Shown here: piece by piece, positions 1 through 13,239 of the stretch
Layout: each line of letters opens with the position of its first letter
Position numbering within the stretch: position 1 is the stretch's first letter
NCBI GenBank assembly: GCA_013265495.1
Contig: MU058221.1
Location: 124,001 to 188,000, forward strand
Direction of reading: 5' to 3'
Origin: Vicugna vicugna
Lineage: Eukaryota
Length of the DNA: 64,000 nucleotides
Program-made: the position numbers and the translations under genes
Notes under the pieces: generated by a model
Told to the model about the DNA's origin: nothing
Databases searched by the model: none
What the model saw: only the letters and a program-made list of their open reading frames with translations

Positions 1-1379
1 AACTTCCACAGTCTGGAACTACACTGAGGAAGGCCACTGCCAGAGTTGGGGAGAGGCTGCAAAAGACACTGAGGGTCTGAGGACTGGAAGTGGCAAGAAA
101 AGTGCCCTGAGCTCAGTCCAATTTGGCTGTTAAATAGAACCACCACTCATTAACCAGCCCTAAAACCTGCCAGGTGAAAAAGAAAAAGAAATGAGCTCAT
201 TAAGCACAGAAATAAGGGAGGCCCGGAGGCTCAACCAAGAAAATTCCCAACACGCGGAAAAACAAGGGGGTGTCAGGCACGATTAGAATCACAGTCAGGA
301 GTCCCGGCCAGCTCCCAGATGGGGGGCTGAGCTACCCGAACCGCTGTGTCGGGCTCAGCTGGGTCCAGCTCTGCAGACAGGCAGCCAGAGAGGCAAGTGT
401 TGCTCAGAGTGTGGCTGGCCAGGATGGCTGGTGTGGCTTACCAGTTCAGGCAGCCCAGGGCTTGGTCAAACTGGTGGAGAAGTCAGTTGGGAAATACGGG
501 GAGAAGTTTCAGGAGCACGATGAGTTCTTGGGGGAATTATGACTTCAATCCCAGCTGCTATGACTGCCTGTGACAAATGCAGCCTCTGGCTGGGCTTAAG
601 AAATGCTGTTCGTCAGACTTCAGTTCCTCCCTGATCCATTGCCTGCTGACTGAGGACCGATCATCCACACAGGCCCCTCACTAGACGGTGCGCCTTCTAG
701 CTCGGCGTGCTGGCACTTGCTTCTGTCACCCTCTGCAGCTTCCTGGTTCCTGGTTCCTGGCCCCAGCTTCACCTCCTAGCCCTGGCCACCTTTGGTTTGG
801 AGATTCTGCAACCCCCTTTACATCTCCCTGTTTTTGGATGGTTGGGGCTCTGAGCATCCCAGGTATCTACTTCTGTCTTGGGTAAAAGAGCATGTGTTGA
901 GCCCTAAGCCTACTACGCCTTGAACATGTGTGCCGACTAGTGCCCGCACAAGGAAGATGGGGACACAGGGGACAGAGGTCCACCTGTGTGCTGGGGGACC
1001 CACCAGGGAGAGAAAGTCTTCCTCTGCAGAGGAGACAGTCAGATTTTCTCCAAGTGGAACAAGGTGGGGGCTAAAGTTTACTGCAGGCAGAGGAGCTGTG
1101 GGAGCAAAGACACAGAAATGTGACAAGAGGACGCCAGCTTAGCAAGACGCCCATTCACTACCAAGGAAAACAAATGGTCACATGTGTTCTGTGCCCTTTG
1201 CTTCCACTACCCCTTCTGCCAGGGACTGCAGATCAGAATAGTTTTCATGGTTGACTCACAGGCAAAGCTATTGTTTGTCTGAATGTGAAATCTCACAAGG
1301 AACCCTGAAATATGGCAAGATCAATTCCCACTTACCTTTTCCTTGCCATCCACCTTCCAAGATAAACACCTTTCTTGAG

Positions 1380-1600
1380 AGGCAACATAGGATTACGTGA
1401 AGAGAATGATTTGTAGAGTCCTAAGAACTGAATCTGAATCCCAACTCCACTAATAACTAGCTGTGTGACAGTGGACCAGTTACTTAACTTCTCTGAGCTA
1501 TACTTTTCTCATCTGTAAAATGGGGGTAATAGGTATCCACCAGCTAGTGTGATCATGAACATTGGAAAAACATATGCAAACTGTCCCCCAAAACGCTTCT
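1380..1600 (+). mobile_element. MIR SINE
   Basis: Core gaatcccaactccactaataactagctgtgtgac...acttaacttctctgag...ctcatctgtaaaatgggg. Confidence 0.75.
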
Positions 1601-3129
1601 CATACAGCCCATGTTCAAAGACGGCAGCTGTCGCTGTGCAGTTTGCAGGATGTGTTGTCTCACCCTCTCACCAGGCAACCCCCCTCCTCCCTAGTCAGGA
1701 AAGGTGAGGCCCGGCTTAGTCAGTAGTGTGACATCCAGCACTCCATGACTTCCATCCCTGCAGCACAAACACTGGGTTCACCGCTCCACATCTCCATGGA
1801 GACTGCCTTTTGTTCTTGGAGCTTTAAAAACTAATTGCCATGCATGAGCAAGCCCTTGGAATCTAAAAATCACTTCCTTAAGTCAGAGGGGTCAGACCGT
1901 GGCCCTGTTTTCAAATGCACTCTCAGAAGTCTGCTCTGAAGGTCAGGGCCATGGACTGTTTCAGATCGTAAAGCACGTGAAACACACTTTTACTTTGAGG
2001 CAGGGTGACTTACCCGAGGAACGCCTACAGAAGATTAAAAGATTATATTTTACAGTCCCTTCCTTGGGTAAGAAAAGCAACAGCTTCTTCTTGGCCTGTA
2101 GATTCTGACAGAAAACCAAATGGCCTCCACAGGCCGCTAACCTGAGGGAGTGGGAAGGGGAAGGGATGAGCAGGGCGCCCTGCAATTCCCTAGGGAGTTC
2201 TTGAAGGTTCTTCCCCCTCCCCCGAATTCTAGGTGATTGGCAAGTAGCCCCGTTGTCCAGGAAGGGGAGGTGATAGCAGGACACTTTGTGTTTTCGGTTT
2301 TCAAACAAAGGCTTGCTGGGATTCCCGGCCACCTGTCCTGCCCTGGGGATGCTGGGACCAGCCGGCACCTGGACAGGGGCTGTGAAAGAAAACTGGACGC
2401 AGAACTCAGCCGAGCTGCAACCTCTGGAGTCCAAGTGAGGAGTCCCCCCTGGCTGAGGTTATCTTTAAGGCAATGGGGTCACCCTCCTTCAGAGACTCTG
2501 AGCCACTATCGGGGGACACGCGCCAAAGCCGCACTGCGGAAGGTTGCGGGACCTTCCGCAGCGCCACCGTGTGGCGGCGTCGGACAGTGGCAGCAGTGGA
2601 CACAAGATTCCCGGGCTCCCTCCCTCACACACGAGGACCTTCTCAGATCATCTCACGTAGGTGAGAGAGGCGACTTCAAAGAGATGCTGATTTCTGGCTA
2701 AATAAATGGGGGTTACTTACCAGGCAGTTGGAAAAGTGAGAGGTATGTGCCCACATTTGCACCCCTAGTTTGTGAAGCAATCTTGACCACTTCTGTGCTC
2801 TGTTGAATTTAGTCCCAGCCAGGGAGCCTCCCTTAAAAACTGATAACTTGAAGACAATCCAAATTGAATGCAATAGAAACTGCTTAACGTCCGGTGAAGA
2901 TGGACAGTTCCTGGGGGTGTTGCCAGGTTCCTGACTCAAAGAACAGGTGTTGTGTGAGAAAATGAGTGAGTGAATTGAGAATCTCTGGATTTACACCTCA
3001 GCATACTAGAGCTTCCTGTTACAGATTTGTTAGATGAGACTTTTCCTGCCTCAGTTTCAACTGAGGCCCGGGAGTGGCCGAGTGTGGGCCCCTCACGCTG
3101 AGAATTCACAAATGAAACTTCCAGCCCCG

Positions 3130-3967
3130 AATCAAAACTATAATGAGGTATCACCTCACACCAGTCAAAATGACCATCATTCAAAAGTCCACAAATGACA
3201 AATACAGGAGAGGGTGTGGAGAAAAGGGAACCCTCCTACACTGTTGGTAGAAATGCAGTTTGGTGTAGCCATTATAGAAAACGATATGGAGATTCCTCAA
3301 AAGATTAAAAATAGACTTACCATATGACTCAGCAATCTCACTCCTGCGCATATATCCAGAAGGAGCCCTAATTCAAAAAGAAACCTGCACCCCAATGTTC
3401 ATAGCAGCACTATTTACAATAGCCAAGACATGGAGACAGCCTAAATATCCTTCAACAGATAACTGGAGAAAGAAGTTGTGGTATATTTATACAATGGAAT
3501 ACTACTCAGCCATAAAAAGGATAAAATAATACCATTTGCAGCAACATGGATGTCCCTGGAGAATGTCATTCTAAGTGAAGTAAGCCAGACAGAAAAAGAA
3601 AAATACTATATGAGATCGCTCATATGTGGAATCTAAAAAAAAAAGAAGAAGACGACAAATGAACTTATGTATAAAACAGAAACAGACTCACAGACATAGA
3701 ACACAAACTTGTGATTGCCAGCAGGGAGGGGGGTGGGAAGGGACAGACTGGGAGTTCAAGATTTGTAGATACTGACAGGTATATATAGAATGGATAAACA
3801 AGATTATACTGTAGAGCACAGGGAAATTGATATACAAGGTCTTGTAGTAGCTCACGGTGCAAAAGAATATGAAAATGAATATATGTATGTTCATGTATAA
3901 CTGGAAAATTGTGCTGTATGCCAAAAATTGACTCAGCATTGTAAACTGACTATACCTCAATTTAAAA
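3130..3967 (+). mobile_element. 5'-truncated L1 (ORF2 3' end + 3'UTR), cetartiodactyl/camelid type
   Basis: L1 ORF2 end motifs (aatgaggtatcacctcacacc, cccaatgttcatagcagcactatttacaatagccaagacatgg), tail tgtaaactgactatacctcaa; imperfect flanking repeat gaaacttccagcccc/gaaaatttccgcccc. Confidence 0.9.
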
Positions 3968-6368
3968 GAAAATTTCCGCCCCTTACCTGAGAATACAGAA
4001 GAGCTGTAAGTATCTAGAGAGGAGAGAAGGGGGAGGAGTTTCAGAAAGATTTATTTGGAAGATGCTGTTGCCAAGCCCCTACTCCCTTGTGAGGAGTGTC
4101 CAGGGCAGCCTCTTTCCCTTAAACTTAATGGAGATTTGCAGGGGGGGCGACTGGGGAGGATGAGGATTCCATGGTTGCAGTAGATCTTGCACTGTGTTCC
4201 TGAAGTCTGGATGGATAGAAAATATTGAGACAGCTAAGGGACCCCAGCAGTGAGATTCAATGCAGAATGGGCCATGAGCAAACCAGGGGCTTGAGGGAAC
4301 AGCATCCAGAGTGACAGACTACATTGTCTACATCAGAGGGGCTGTGATCAGAGGGGCTGGCGGGGGTCTCTGAAACCCCAAAAGATTTACCCCAGGTGAA
4401 AGACGGATATCTGCTTCAGATATCCTCTCACTGAAGAAGCTCTGTCAGACACAGGTCCCGTGACAGGAGACTCTGCCCTTGTCCCCTCACTACCTGTGCC
4501 CAGTCCAATGGTCAACCTTCTTTAGCCAGTTGGGGAAACATGAGCTGAGAAAGCGAGAAGCTGACCATCTGGGGCTCTGAGACAGCAGGTTTTCACCTCC
4601 CTTCTGCTCCAGCTAGGAAGAAGGAACAAGATGGGATGCTAATTTTGGCTCTGAGTTTTTATTATTACACAAGCTAAGCTTTCAACTGTTTGAGTGAGAT
4701 GAGCATTTACCCAGCGTGCTCTCTTTGCCATGCTTTGCTGGGGCTTTGGAAGACAGAGAGCGACCTAGAGCCCTCCTCTCAAGGGCTGCCTGTCACTGGA
4801 GAAAAGTCTAGTGTCCCCACTGGGACATTCAGTCAGAGCAGGAAGTGGTCCAGGGAAGGACGACCACTGCAGACTGAGAGCCCTTGAGTTCAGAGATAAA
4901 AGAATCTAGTACTGCCATCATGAATCTAACATTCAAATCCAAACAACATGAATGTGTTTCTTCTACACAGTCTATCGAGGAAGACAAACACAGAAACAGA
5001 TAACAGCAATGAGGGCCAAACGGCATAATACAAGTCTGGAAGAATGCTCTAGAAACAAAGAGAGCTAATTTTTTTTTTGAGTTGTTGGATAGAGTTTCAT
5101 GGAGCAAATAAGATTTGATCTGAGTCTTGAAGGACGGTCAGGAAAGCCTTGGAAGAGAAGCCAGTGAAAAGAGGGATTCCCATCACGTAAGAAAGCCACA
5201 CTCTGTGACAGAACCTCCACGATGCCCAGGCCCAGTCACACGCGGTTCTTTATTTCTAGTTCCTAGCGTGCTTGGCATCCGATAGGTGCTCACTAAGTGT
5301 CTGTTTGGGTTCACACGGTAATTCCTCCAGGACTTACTCAGGCCTGACCCTATCTGCCTCTAAATTATGTAAATTTGAGTTCTTCTGTCCTATTTTTTTT
5401 CCTTTTTCACCACTTTTCACTTCTATCAGGGTCACTTTATTAAAAAAAATTCATGAAGCTAACATTTGTTGAGGACATACGGCGAGTAATGTTTGAGATC
5501 AAGACCCCAAATTGATTCCTGTCGTTCTATCTGCCAGGTTTGGTTCTTAAAAAATTCTTTTCATGAGCCCCACCAGTCAAATCCACACTGTATAACTGTT
5601 AGCCTTTCACTCTGAATCCCTTCGTCTGATCTTCCATTTCTACTCTCAGACCAAATACCAGGAGCCTAAGGCCTAGAGAGGCCAGACAGAGCTGTCTGTT
5701 CCACACCTCCTTTCCCTGAACTCATCCTGGACCCGCTTCCTCTCCCTCTTACTCCACTGAATCCAGGAGGGAACACGAGAATCTGTCTCTTAACACTAAT
5801 GCCCACAACGGTCTGTTTCCTTATGCGAAGCTGTGTGAAATCCGATACCTTCTCCAAGATTCTTGCACATTATTCGTGGCCTCTCTGGCTCTGTGTCCTA
5901 GCCTCCATGAATTCTTGATATCTGGTGTTTACTTCCTACGATAAATTGCTTTCTGTTCACTGCCCCCTCTTCCAAGATTTGTCACTCACCCCAACTTCAA
6001 GCCAATCCGCAAGGCCTTTCCCAAAGGTTTAGAGTGACTGAGAGAGTTTGCATCACCATATTTCCAGACATTCTCCTCCTCCTCCCCAGTTTCCTAGGTC
6101 AGCCATGACTCTCCCTTCAGGCATGCCTTAGGAATCAATGACTTGCTTTATTATGCAGATAAGTTTAGAGTTCCCCTCCTTGGTTCCCCTCCCCTCTGGG
6201 CCTTTCTCTTTGTCTTCAGTTCATTCAAACAAATGGAAATGTTCACAATGGGTTTCTCCATTTCAGCAATGCACTAAAGATATGATGGAGGTGGGGAGTG
6301 GTCTAACCTGGGAGCAAACAATAAGGGAGTAAGTACCCTGTTGGTTAAGAATTTAAAGACAATAGTAA

Positions 6369-7510
6369 TATTAGAGCAGGCAGACAGCTAGGTATGAGCA
6401 CAGGCCAAGTGGCAGGAATTAGGTGAAAAAGGAGAGGGATGGCCAAATGCAGGAAACCACACATCATGTAAACAATGGGGGTCCTTGGGCAGACAGAGAA
6501 AAGCAGGAATCTCAGGACTGACAGGAGATCACACATTTTGGGGTGACTAGCGTCCTGGAGGCAGACAAAGAAAGGTGGGAAAAGGCAGGAATCTCCAGTG
6601 CCCAAATGTAACCTTTTGCTCATTATGCCCTCATTACAATAAAATGAGCCTTGCAGGTCAGAAGTACCCATCATATACTGATGCCATGACACTTCTGATC
6701 CAGACTAAATAAGGACAAAAGTCCCTTCTTCTCTTGGGAAGGTGGAGCTGGGATGGAAATCAGGGAATACAACCCCAAACCCTTCCCTCCCTGATGAAAA
6801 TTCCACCCATTCTTTTCTATACCCTGCGGACAAAAAATACTGCAAGCCATACCAGTAAACAGAGAATGCTGAAGCCATCAAGTCATCAGATGCTGCTGCC
6901 ACCCCCCTCCACCCCACAGTGAAATTAAGGTGCAGACAAGCAGGCAGCCCAGCCTCTGCAGCCACTCACCGTGGTGCCCCCTGAGGGGACTCAGAAGAAG
7001 AAAGGGCAGGACACTGGCCCTAGACAGCTGGGTGCTTGTCAAAGGAATGGTTTCAATGAGCCCAAACATTTGCTCCCTCCCATACATAGAAAAGTGCTAA
7101 ATTCTTTAACTTGAGATGCCCGGTTTTCTGTAACAGTAATCTTTAATATTCTGACTCCCTGGTCTTTGCTGTGAAGCTCCGATGTATCCTGGCTCCTCCC
7201 CTGCCTCGTTGGAGCAGGCCCTCAGAGCCATCTGAGAGTCTGTCATCTGGGCTTAAAGGGGTTTGAATCCTCAGAAATGTCCACTGAATGAAACATAACC
7301 CTCAGCTTTTAGGCTGTGCGTTTATTTCAGTTGACATGTAACCAACTTGCCGAAGAAACTCAGCACAGCTCCTCACCTGAGTCTGCCTGCTCTCCCCTTG
7401 AAAACGTACTATCTCTTCCGCAATAAATCCTCACTTCACTTTCTTAAACTTGGTGTCTCTCATCTCTGGATTCTTTCTGTGATGAGACGAGAACCTAATT
7501 TCCAGCGACA
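6369..7510 (+). mobile_element. ERV solo LTR (family A), interrupted by a nested LTR
   Basis: Homologous to the reverse complement of 13240-13865; AATAAA at 7422; ends ...gcgaca; flanks gtaa/ataa. Confidence 0.75.
6825..7336 (+). mobile_element. ERV solo LTR (family B) nested inside LTR A
   Basis: TG...CA termini (tgcggacaaaaaatactgcaagcc ... tttcagttgaca); homologous to the reverse complement of 12223-12700; host LTR sequence resumes after it. Confidence 0.78.
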
Positions 7511-8271
7511 ATAAAATCATCTAGAAGTTGGTCTTCTTTCTATTATCACCATGCTTCGATAATTCTAAATGTCAACAATAAAATACTCCTTTTGTCGGGG
7601 GGTTGGGCAGGTCGGTGGGGGCAGTAGAAGAATTTACCAAAGACAAAGGTGAAAGTATTAGGTATGCTGTCTAACAGCAGGTCACACAGATGAGAGGTTC
7701 CTGTGTGAGCTCTGAGGGTCGGTTGCTGAGACCTTTTTCAGGGGGGGTTACATCAGTTACCGAGGAGTCACTAGGTGCATGATCAGCTTGTGCACAAGCC
7801 GATAATAGGGAAGGGATGGGGCCATGAAAGGGTAAAGCTACATGACTTCTTGGGGGCTGTTGGTTCTGGAGGTCAGGTTTCCAGGCATTGTATAGATGAT
7901 CATTATCTCAGTAAGGCAGGCATGTATCAGGAAAAGCATATTTTTTGTTGTCTATGAAGGGCAGCAGCCAGGCACCTGAGGGACCTTGGAAGAGAGGGGC
8001 CTTGGAGCAGGAATCTGCCAGACCCACACTCCTTGCTGGGCCTGCTCCCCTGTTGTACTTACTGCCACACTGCCTTCACCTTGGTAGGCGCTGCTCCATT
8101 TAGGAACACAAAACGGGCAGACACCTTGAAATGTCCATTTTTCTCATCATCTCTGCCAGGGAGATTTCCTTTTTTTCAAGCATAGGGAACTTTCTCCTTG
8201 ACATTCTTTCTTCCCTTGGTTTCTATTCTCCTGTTTTTCCTCCACTGTCTCCACTTACACATCCTTAGTCT

Positions 8272-8745
8272 TGTGAAATAAAATTCATATTTATGACAAG
8301 ACAAGAAAAAATTAAACATAAGAAAATTCTTCTCTGCCCTTTAACCTCCTCTTTCCCCCCACTGTGCACTGTGTGTCTGCTCTGTGCATCTACCAAACGT
8401 CTCTCACCGGCAGGAATTCCTGCTTAGCCATAAAAAGCAACACTCTCCTAGTGCCAACAAGACAACTCGTTAAAAGACAACATTCCTTCTTGATCTTGTA
8501 AGGGGTCACACGACCACCAGGAAGATGCTTAGATCTGGATTTTATAAACTGGGGGTCAATAATACATCATTTGATGTACAATCCTCTGATTCAAAAAACT
8601 TGTATAACTGTGCCTTGCTTGCTAACTGGCAGAACAGTTCTCAGAGCTTTCTGAGATGTTCTTCTCGGGTTATAAGCCTCAAATCTGGCTTGAATACAAC
8701 TTTCTGTTTCTTTCTTAGATCAACTGATTAATTTTTTTGTTGACA
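8272..8745 (+). mobile_element. ERV1-like solo LTR
   Basis: TG...CA termini with perfect 4-bp TSD GTCT; 474 bp. Confidence 0.85.
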
Positions 8746-10420
8746 GTCTCTTTTCAAAATTCTCCCCCAACCCTGTGATAAACTTGTTCTTTGAACCAAG
8801 CAAGAAGCAGGCATGGTTAGTTGCACAAGCCTTGCCATGAAAAAAGATCTGAGGGAAAAATGAAAAAAAAAAAGCGCCACCCCCCCCAAAACATTATGTT
8901 TCAAAGAGAGTTACAATGCAGGGATAGAATTGTGCCCTAAATGGAGACTTGAGGCCAGCAAGAAAGACAGAGTGAGGGGAAGGAAAGCCTGGTCATTTAA
9001 GATGTGAGTGAAGCTGGCTTTCCCGAGGTCTGTTGTAGAAACACCTCATATAAGATTCTTGTGTGGGATTTCAGGAATACGACAAAAAGATATACCCAAA
9101 TGTTCTGTGGCAGAATTATGTTACACCATAGCACAGCGAAAGGTTTGAATTCTTTCGATGATAGAGTGGGCTTCCAGATTTTAAAGGCAAAGGATCAAGG
9201 GGATCTCCAGCACCATGGACAGGGGCAGAGCACAGGGCCCAGTCCCCACACCTGGGAATGTAACAGGTGTCGCTGGCACTCGGGAGGAAACAAACAGGGG
9301 AAGTGCAGCCCCCACATCACATGCACTTACAAGTGTGGGGAAAGACTGAGCACCCCCACGCGGGCACCAGCAAGGAAGTGGCTCACTGCCCCTTGAGCCT
9401 AGATGTGGGAATCTCCGATCTTTCCTTCTCCCTGTGACATTTATCACTTGGCGAAACAGAGGTACTGACCACTCTGGCCCAATATGTGGTGAGCACCTGA
9501 GGTCCTCCCAGGAGTGAGCCCTCAGTACCCTCTTTATTACCCTCCAATTCCACTGCAGGGAATTGAATTCCATGCAGTAGCTGGTCAAAGTCTCATCTCC
9601 CTGCCACCCCCAGCCCCCACCCTCCTTCTCCACCATACCTCCTCACTCTTCAGAGTCAGGACCGACAGCACTGGCTCACGTGCAGCATATGGCATCACCC
9701 AGTGCGTTGCCCCCGGCAGGTAGGGGGCTGTAGTCAGCTACACAGTCCCTGAGGTCCAGAGAGACTGCTGGGCTGCACGAGGGAAACAGCCCATCTCTCT
9801 GGTTGTCCTCCCAAAGGAAAGAAGACGACAAGAATAGATGGAAATCACAGATAATGCGGGCTTCTTATTTAGATGTTGGGAGACTACTTCTAAAACTTTG
9901 GGGATGAGAAGTCCTCCTTGAGAAGACACAAACTCCAGAAACTATAAAGGAAAAGAGTGATATATTGGACTACTATTTTTTAGCATGTATGACAAAAAAA
10001 TTATCACAAAACCAAATCAAAACACACATGTGGCAGCATATCTAACATTCACAAGGAGCCTTCAAATTGATTTAAAAACAGACTAATGGAAAAATGGATA
10101 AAGGCTGCATTTGATACAATGCAACTGATACAGGAAGAAATACAAATAACTGATTAACCTACAAAAAGAAACTCAATCTCACCAGTAGGAAAATGTGAAT
10201 TAATACACAAATAAAATACCATTTTAACACATGACACTGGCAAAAAAACTTAATTTTAAAAAAATTAGCAAGCGGAACGGGCAGAGGGGAAGGAGACAAG
10301 AACACCTACACGTCACCGGTGGTGGGTGAATTCTGTAACACTTTGAAAAGTATTCTGACAATTTCTAATAAAATCAGGGACCTACATACCTGATGGCCTA
10401 GAAGTCTCACCTCGAGGGTC

Positions 10421-10892
10421 TGTGAGAGGCGCCAAACAGGCAGCATTTGGCGTCTGCTCTCCGTCTGGCTCTGTGGGTTAGGCTATCAGCCCCTGCGGCC
10501 GCTGACTTCCAACACCCCCTGAAGGGAGTTCGGGGCTGAGATCAGGACTGAGGCGCTCTGTGCTCCCGGAAAAACTCCAGAACAGGACTTCACGTGGTTA
10601 AATATTTTCAGGAGAAATTTTATGAACCCAATTCCTTGCATCATTGTACACCTAGAAAAGCACTACAACCATTAATGGAGACAATTGCTCCTGTGACTGG
10701 CAGCAACCCTCTACTGAGCTGTGTTCTTGACGACTGCACCCCTTCACCAAGATCATACATACACTCGCCTGCCCCTGCCCCTTTGAAGGACTGGCTCCTG
10801 AGCTATATGGACCTCAGTAAGCCGCAAATGAAACTGAACACAGCTCTCACGTTGTGCTGGTGTTTTGTTTGTTTGTTGTTTTTCAGTTTAAA
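10421..10892 (+). mobile_element. ERV1-like solo LTR inserted in an old L1 remnant
   Basis: Starts tgtgagagg; 3' part resembles the U5 ends of neighbouring LTRs (ctcacgttgtgc...tttttcagt); TSD not clear. Confidence 0.6.
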
Positions 10893-11369
10893 CCTATCAT
10901 TGATTTTAGCAGGAAAAAAAAAAGATAAAGTTGTCAAAGGAAAATCTTCCATTTACACTGACCCAGAAAATGACAACCCTGAATGTCATCTCTCTTCCTA
11001 GCTGGCTGATTAAAGAACCGTGAAATTGGTCTCTGAGAAGACAGACCCTAACAGACCTATGGAAGACCTCTCCTGGCCAGTGAACAATGTAACAGACATA
11101 CGGACTCACGTAGCCTTCAATTAGTACAGTCACTTCAAAACTCCCTGAATTATCCCCACCTGCAAGCTCCCAGGGAATTTCTTCACTTGTGTGTACTCCT
11201 TGCCCAACAATTGAAAAAACCTTTTTTTTTTTTTATGTTCTGATGGTTTTTATTTTATCCTTTGACAGGATAAATGAAATAGGTGAGTTCTGGTTTGCAG
11301 TACTGAGTTCTAGTGCCAGTAGGATGGGTCCTGGGTAGAGGCCTCGAGGTGCGTATTTCATGCTGGGTT

Positions 11370-11828
11370 TGTTACTGGAGAGCAGGTTTTTGTCTTGTGT
11401 AGGGAAGAATTTGAGTGAACCATCGCGAAGTGAAAGTAAGTTTATTTAGAGAGGTAGGCATTCCATAGGCAGAACGCAGTCCTTCTCGGGACAGTGGCCC
11501 TGGGGTGCGGGGGTGCTTAGCTTTTATGGCTGGGTAATTTCTTATGCTAACAAATGGGAGGACTATTCCAACTGTTTTGGGGAAGGGGTGGGGATTCCCA
11601 GGAAATGGGCCCCCACCCACTTTTTGGCCTTTTATGGCCGTGGTGCCTGTGAGTGTGTCATTTAGCATGCCACTGCATTTCAATGGGCCTATAATGAGGC
11701 TCAAGGTCTACTGGAAGTTAAATCTCCCCCATCCTGGGCCTGGCTTATTTTAGCCAGTTTATGCTGTATCCTCAGTGGCTGTGCTCTTCTTTTACTGGTT
11801 GTGCCAGGCCCCCTTCCCTCCTGTCTCA
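11370..11828 (-). mobile_element. ERV1-like solo LTR
   Basis: TG...CA termini with perfect TSD GGTT; AATAAA on - (tttatt 11441); 459 bp. Confidence 0.85.
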
Positions 11829-12222
11829 GGTTGGGGTGTCTGGGAAGCAGAAGTAGGCTGAGAGGCCATCAGCAAAGAAGTGTTCCTTGAAGCCACAGAT
11901 GAAGAATAGGATCCCAGCTGAGTGGAATGTGTTGCCTAAGAAGACAAGGTTGGTGGGAGCCCTGAGGGATTCTCTGAAAGATGCTAAAGCAGAAAGTGCG
12001 AGTGAACATGTGGTCCCTTAATTGAGGGTTCTGTGTTCATTCTGCACTTGCCCTCAACCTCCAGTGCCCAGTGCCTCTTGCTGCTGATAGTTTCAAACTG
12101 AGTGTGTTTCCTTCGACACTTGTAATTCTTTTTCTAGACCTCACTCAGGAAACAAGGGAGCCATGTGGCCATCTCACGGTGGAAGGAGCACAGAGGCTCT
12201 CCCCGTAAATTAGGATCACTAT

Positions 12223-12700
12223 TGCCAACTGAAATAAATGCACAGCCTAACAGTTGAGAGTTATGTTTTATTTGGTGGGAGGACTCAAGCCAGGATGACA
12301 GCCTCTCAGGTCGCTCTCAGGGGCTGCTCCGAAGAGTTGAGGGAGGGGGGCTAGGATATACAGGAGCTTTACAACAAAGATCGGGTAGTTGGAACAATAA
12401 AAGATGACTTGTTATCTAAAGAAAACCAGGCGTCTCAAGTTAAAGAATTTAGTGTTTTTCTCTGTATGGGAGAAAGCAAACATTTGGGCTCATTGAATCC
12501 ATTCCTTTGACAAGCACCGGGCTGTCTAGGGCCAGTGTCCCGTCCTTTCTTGTTCTGAGTCCCCTCAGAGGAAACCATTCCGACTGCAGAGGCTGGGCTG
12601 CGGGCTGGTCTCCACTGTGGGGGGTGGTGGCAGTGTCTGAGGACTTGATGGCTTCAGCACTCTTTGTTTACTGATATGGTTTGCAGTATTTTCATTCACA
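12223..12700 (-). mobile_element. ERV solo LTR (family B)
   Basis: TG...CA termini with perfect TSD CTAT; 478 bp; homologous to 6825-7336. Confidence 0.88.
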
Positions 12701-13239
12701 CTATGCAGCATTGATAAGAAAACAAAACTTATCTACGTTTCAGGGAGCAGTCTTTAGCCTCAGATTCATATAAAAGAAACATAACTTCATCTAGATTTAT
12801 TTCAATTTCTGTTTGAAACCCCACTTCCATAGGAAGAGTGGAAATTTAATTCCAGTATATTTTGGTTTATCCCAGCCCCACCTCACAGCTCTCTGCCTCT
12901 TTTCTGCCACTGTTGAGCCCCCACAGAGATATCACTGCATGTTCACTGGCCCTGGGTCCCCTAAGATCTCTCTGGAGTCTTAACACCCTTTGCTCTCCCC
13001 ACTCACCCAAGAACTCTTTCCAGATAACATCATGCATAGGCCCTCTCTTTGAGACCCATCCAGTGCTCTGAGCCTCAGACTTGGGAACCACCCCTGGGAG
13101 GCTAAAGATGATGCAGGAAGACGGATGTGGGACGTGAGGAGGGCCGTGTCCCAGGTCTTGGTTAAGCCCCTGGGATGTGCCCTGCCAAGTGTGGGTCCTT
13201 AGCTTTGCACAGGAAAGAATTCAAGTGGGAGCCACAGTT

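Noticed and set aside
270..1142. Short ORFs at the window start as exons of a neighbouring gene such as EVA1A
   Set aside because: No recognisable protein similarity or coherent splice phases
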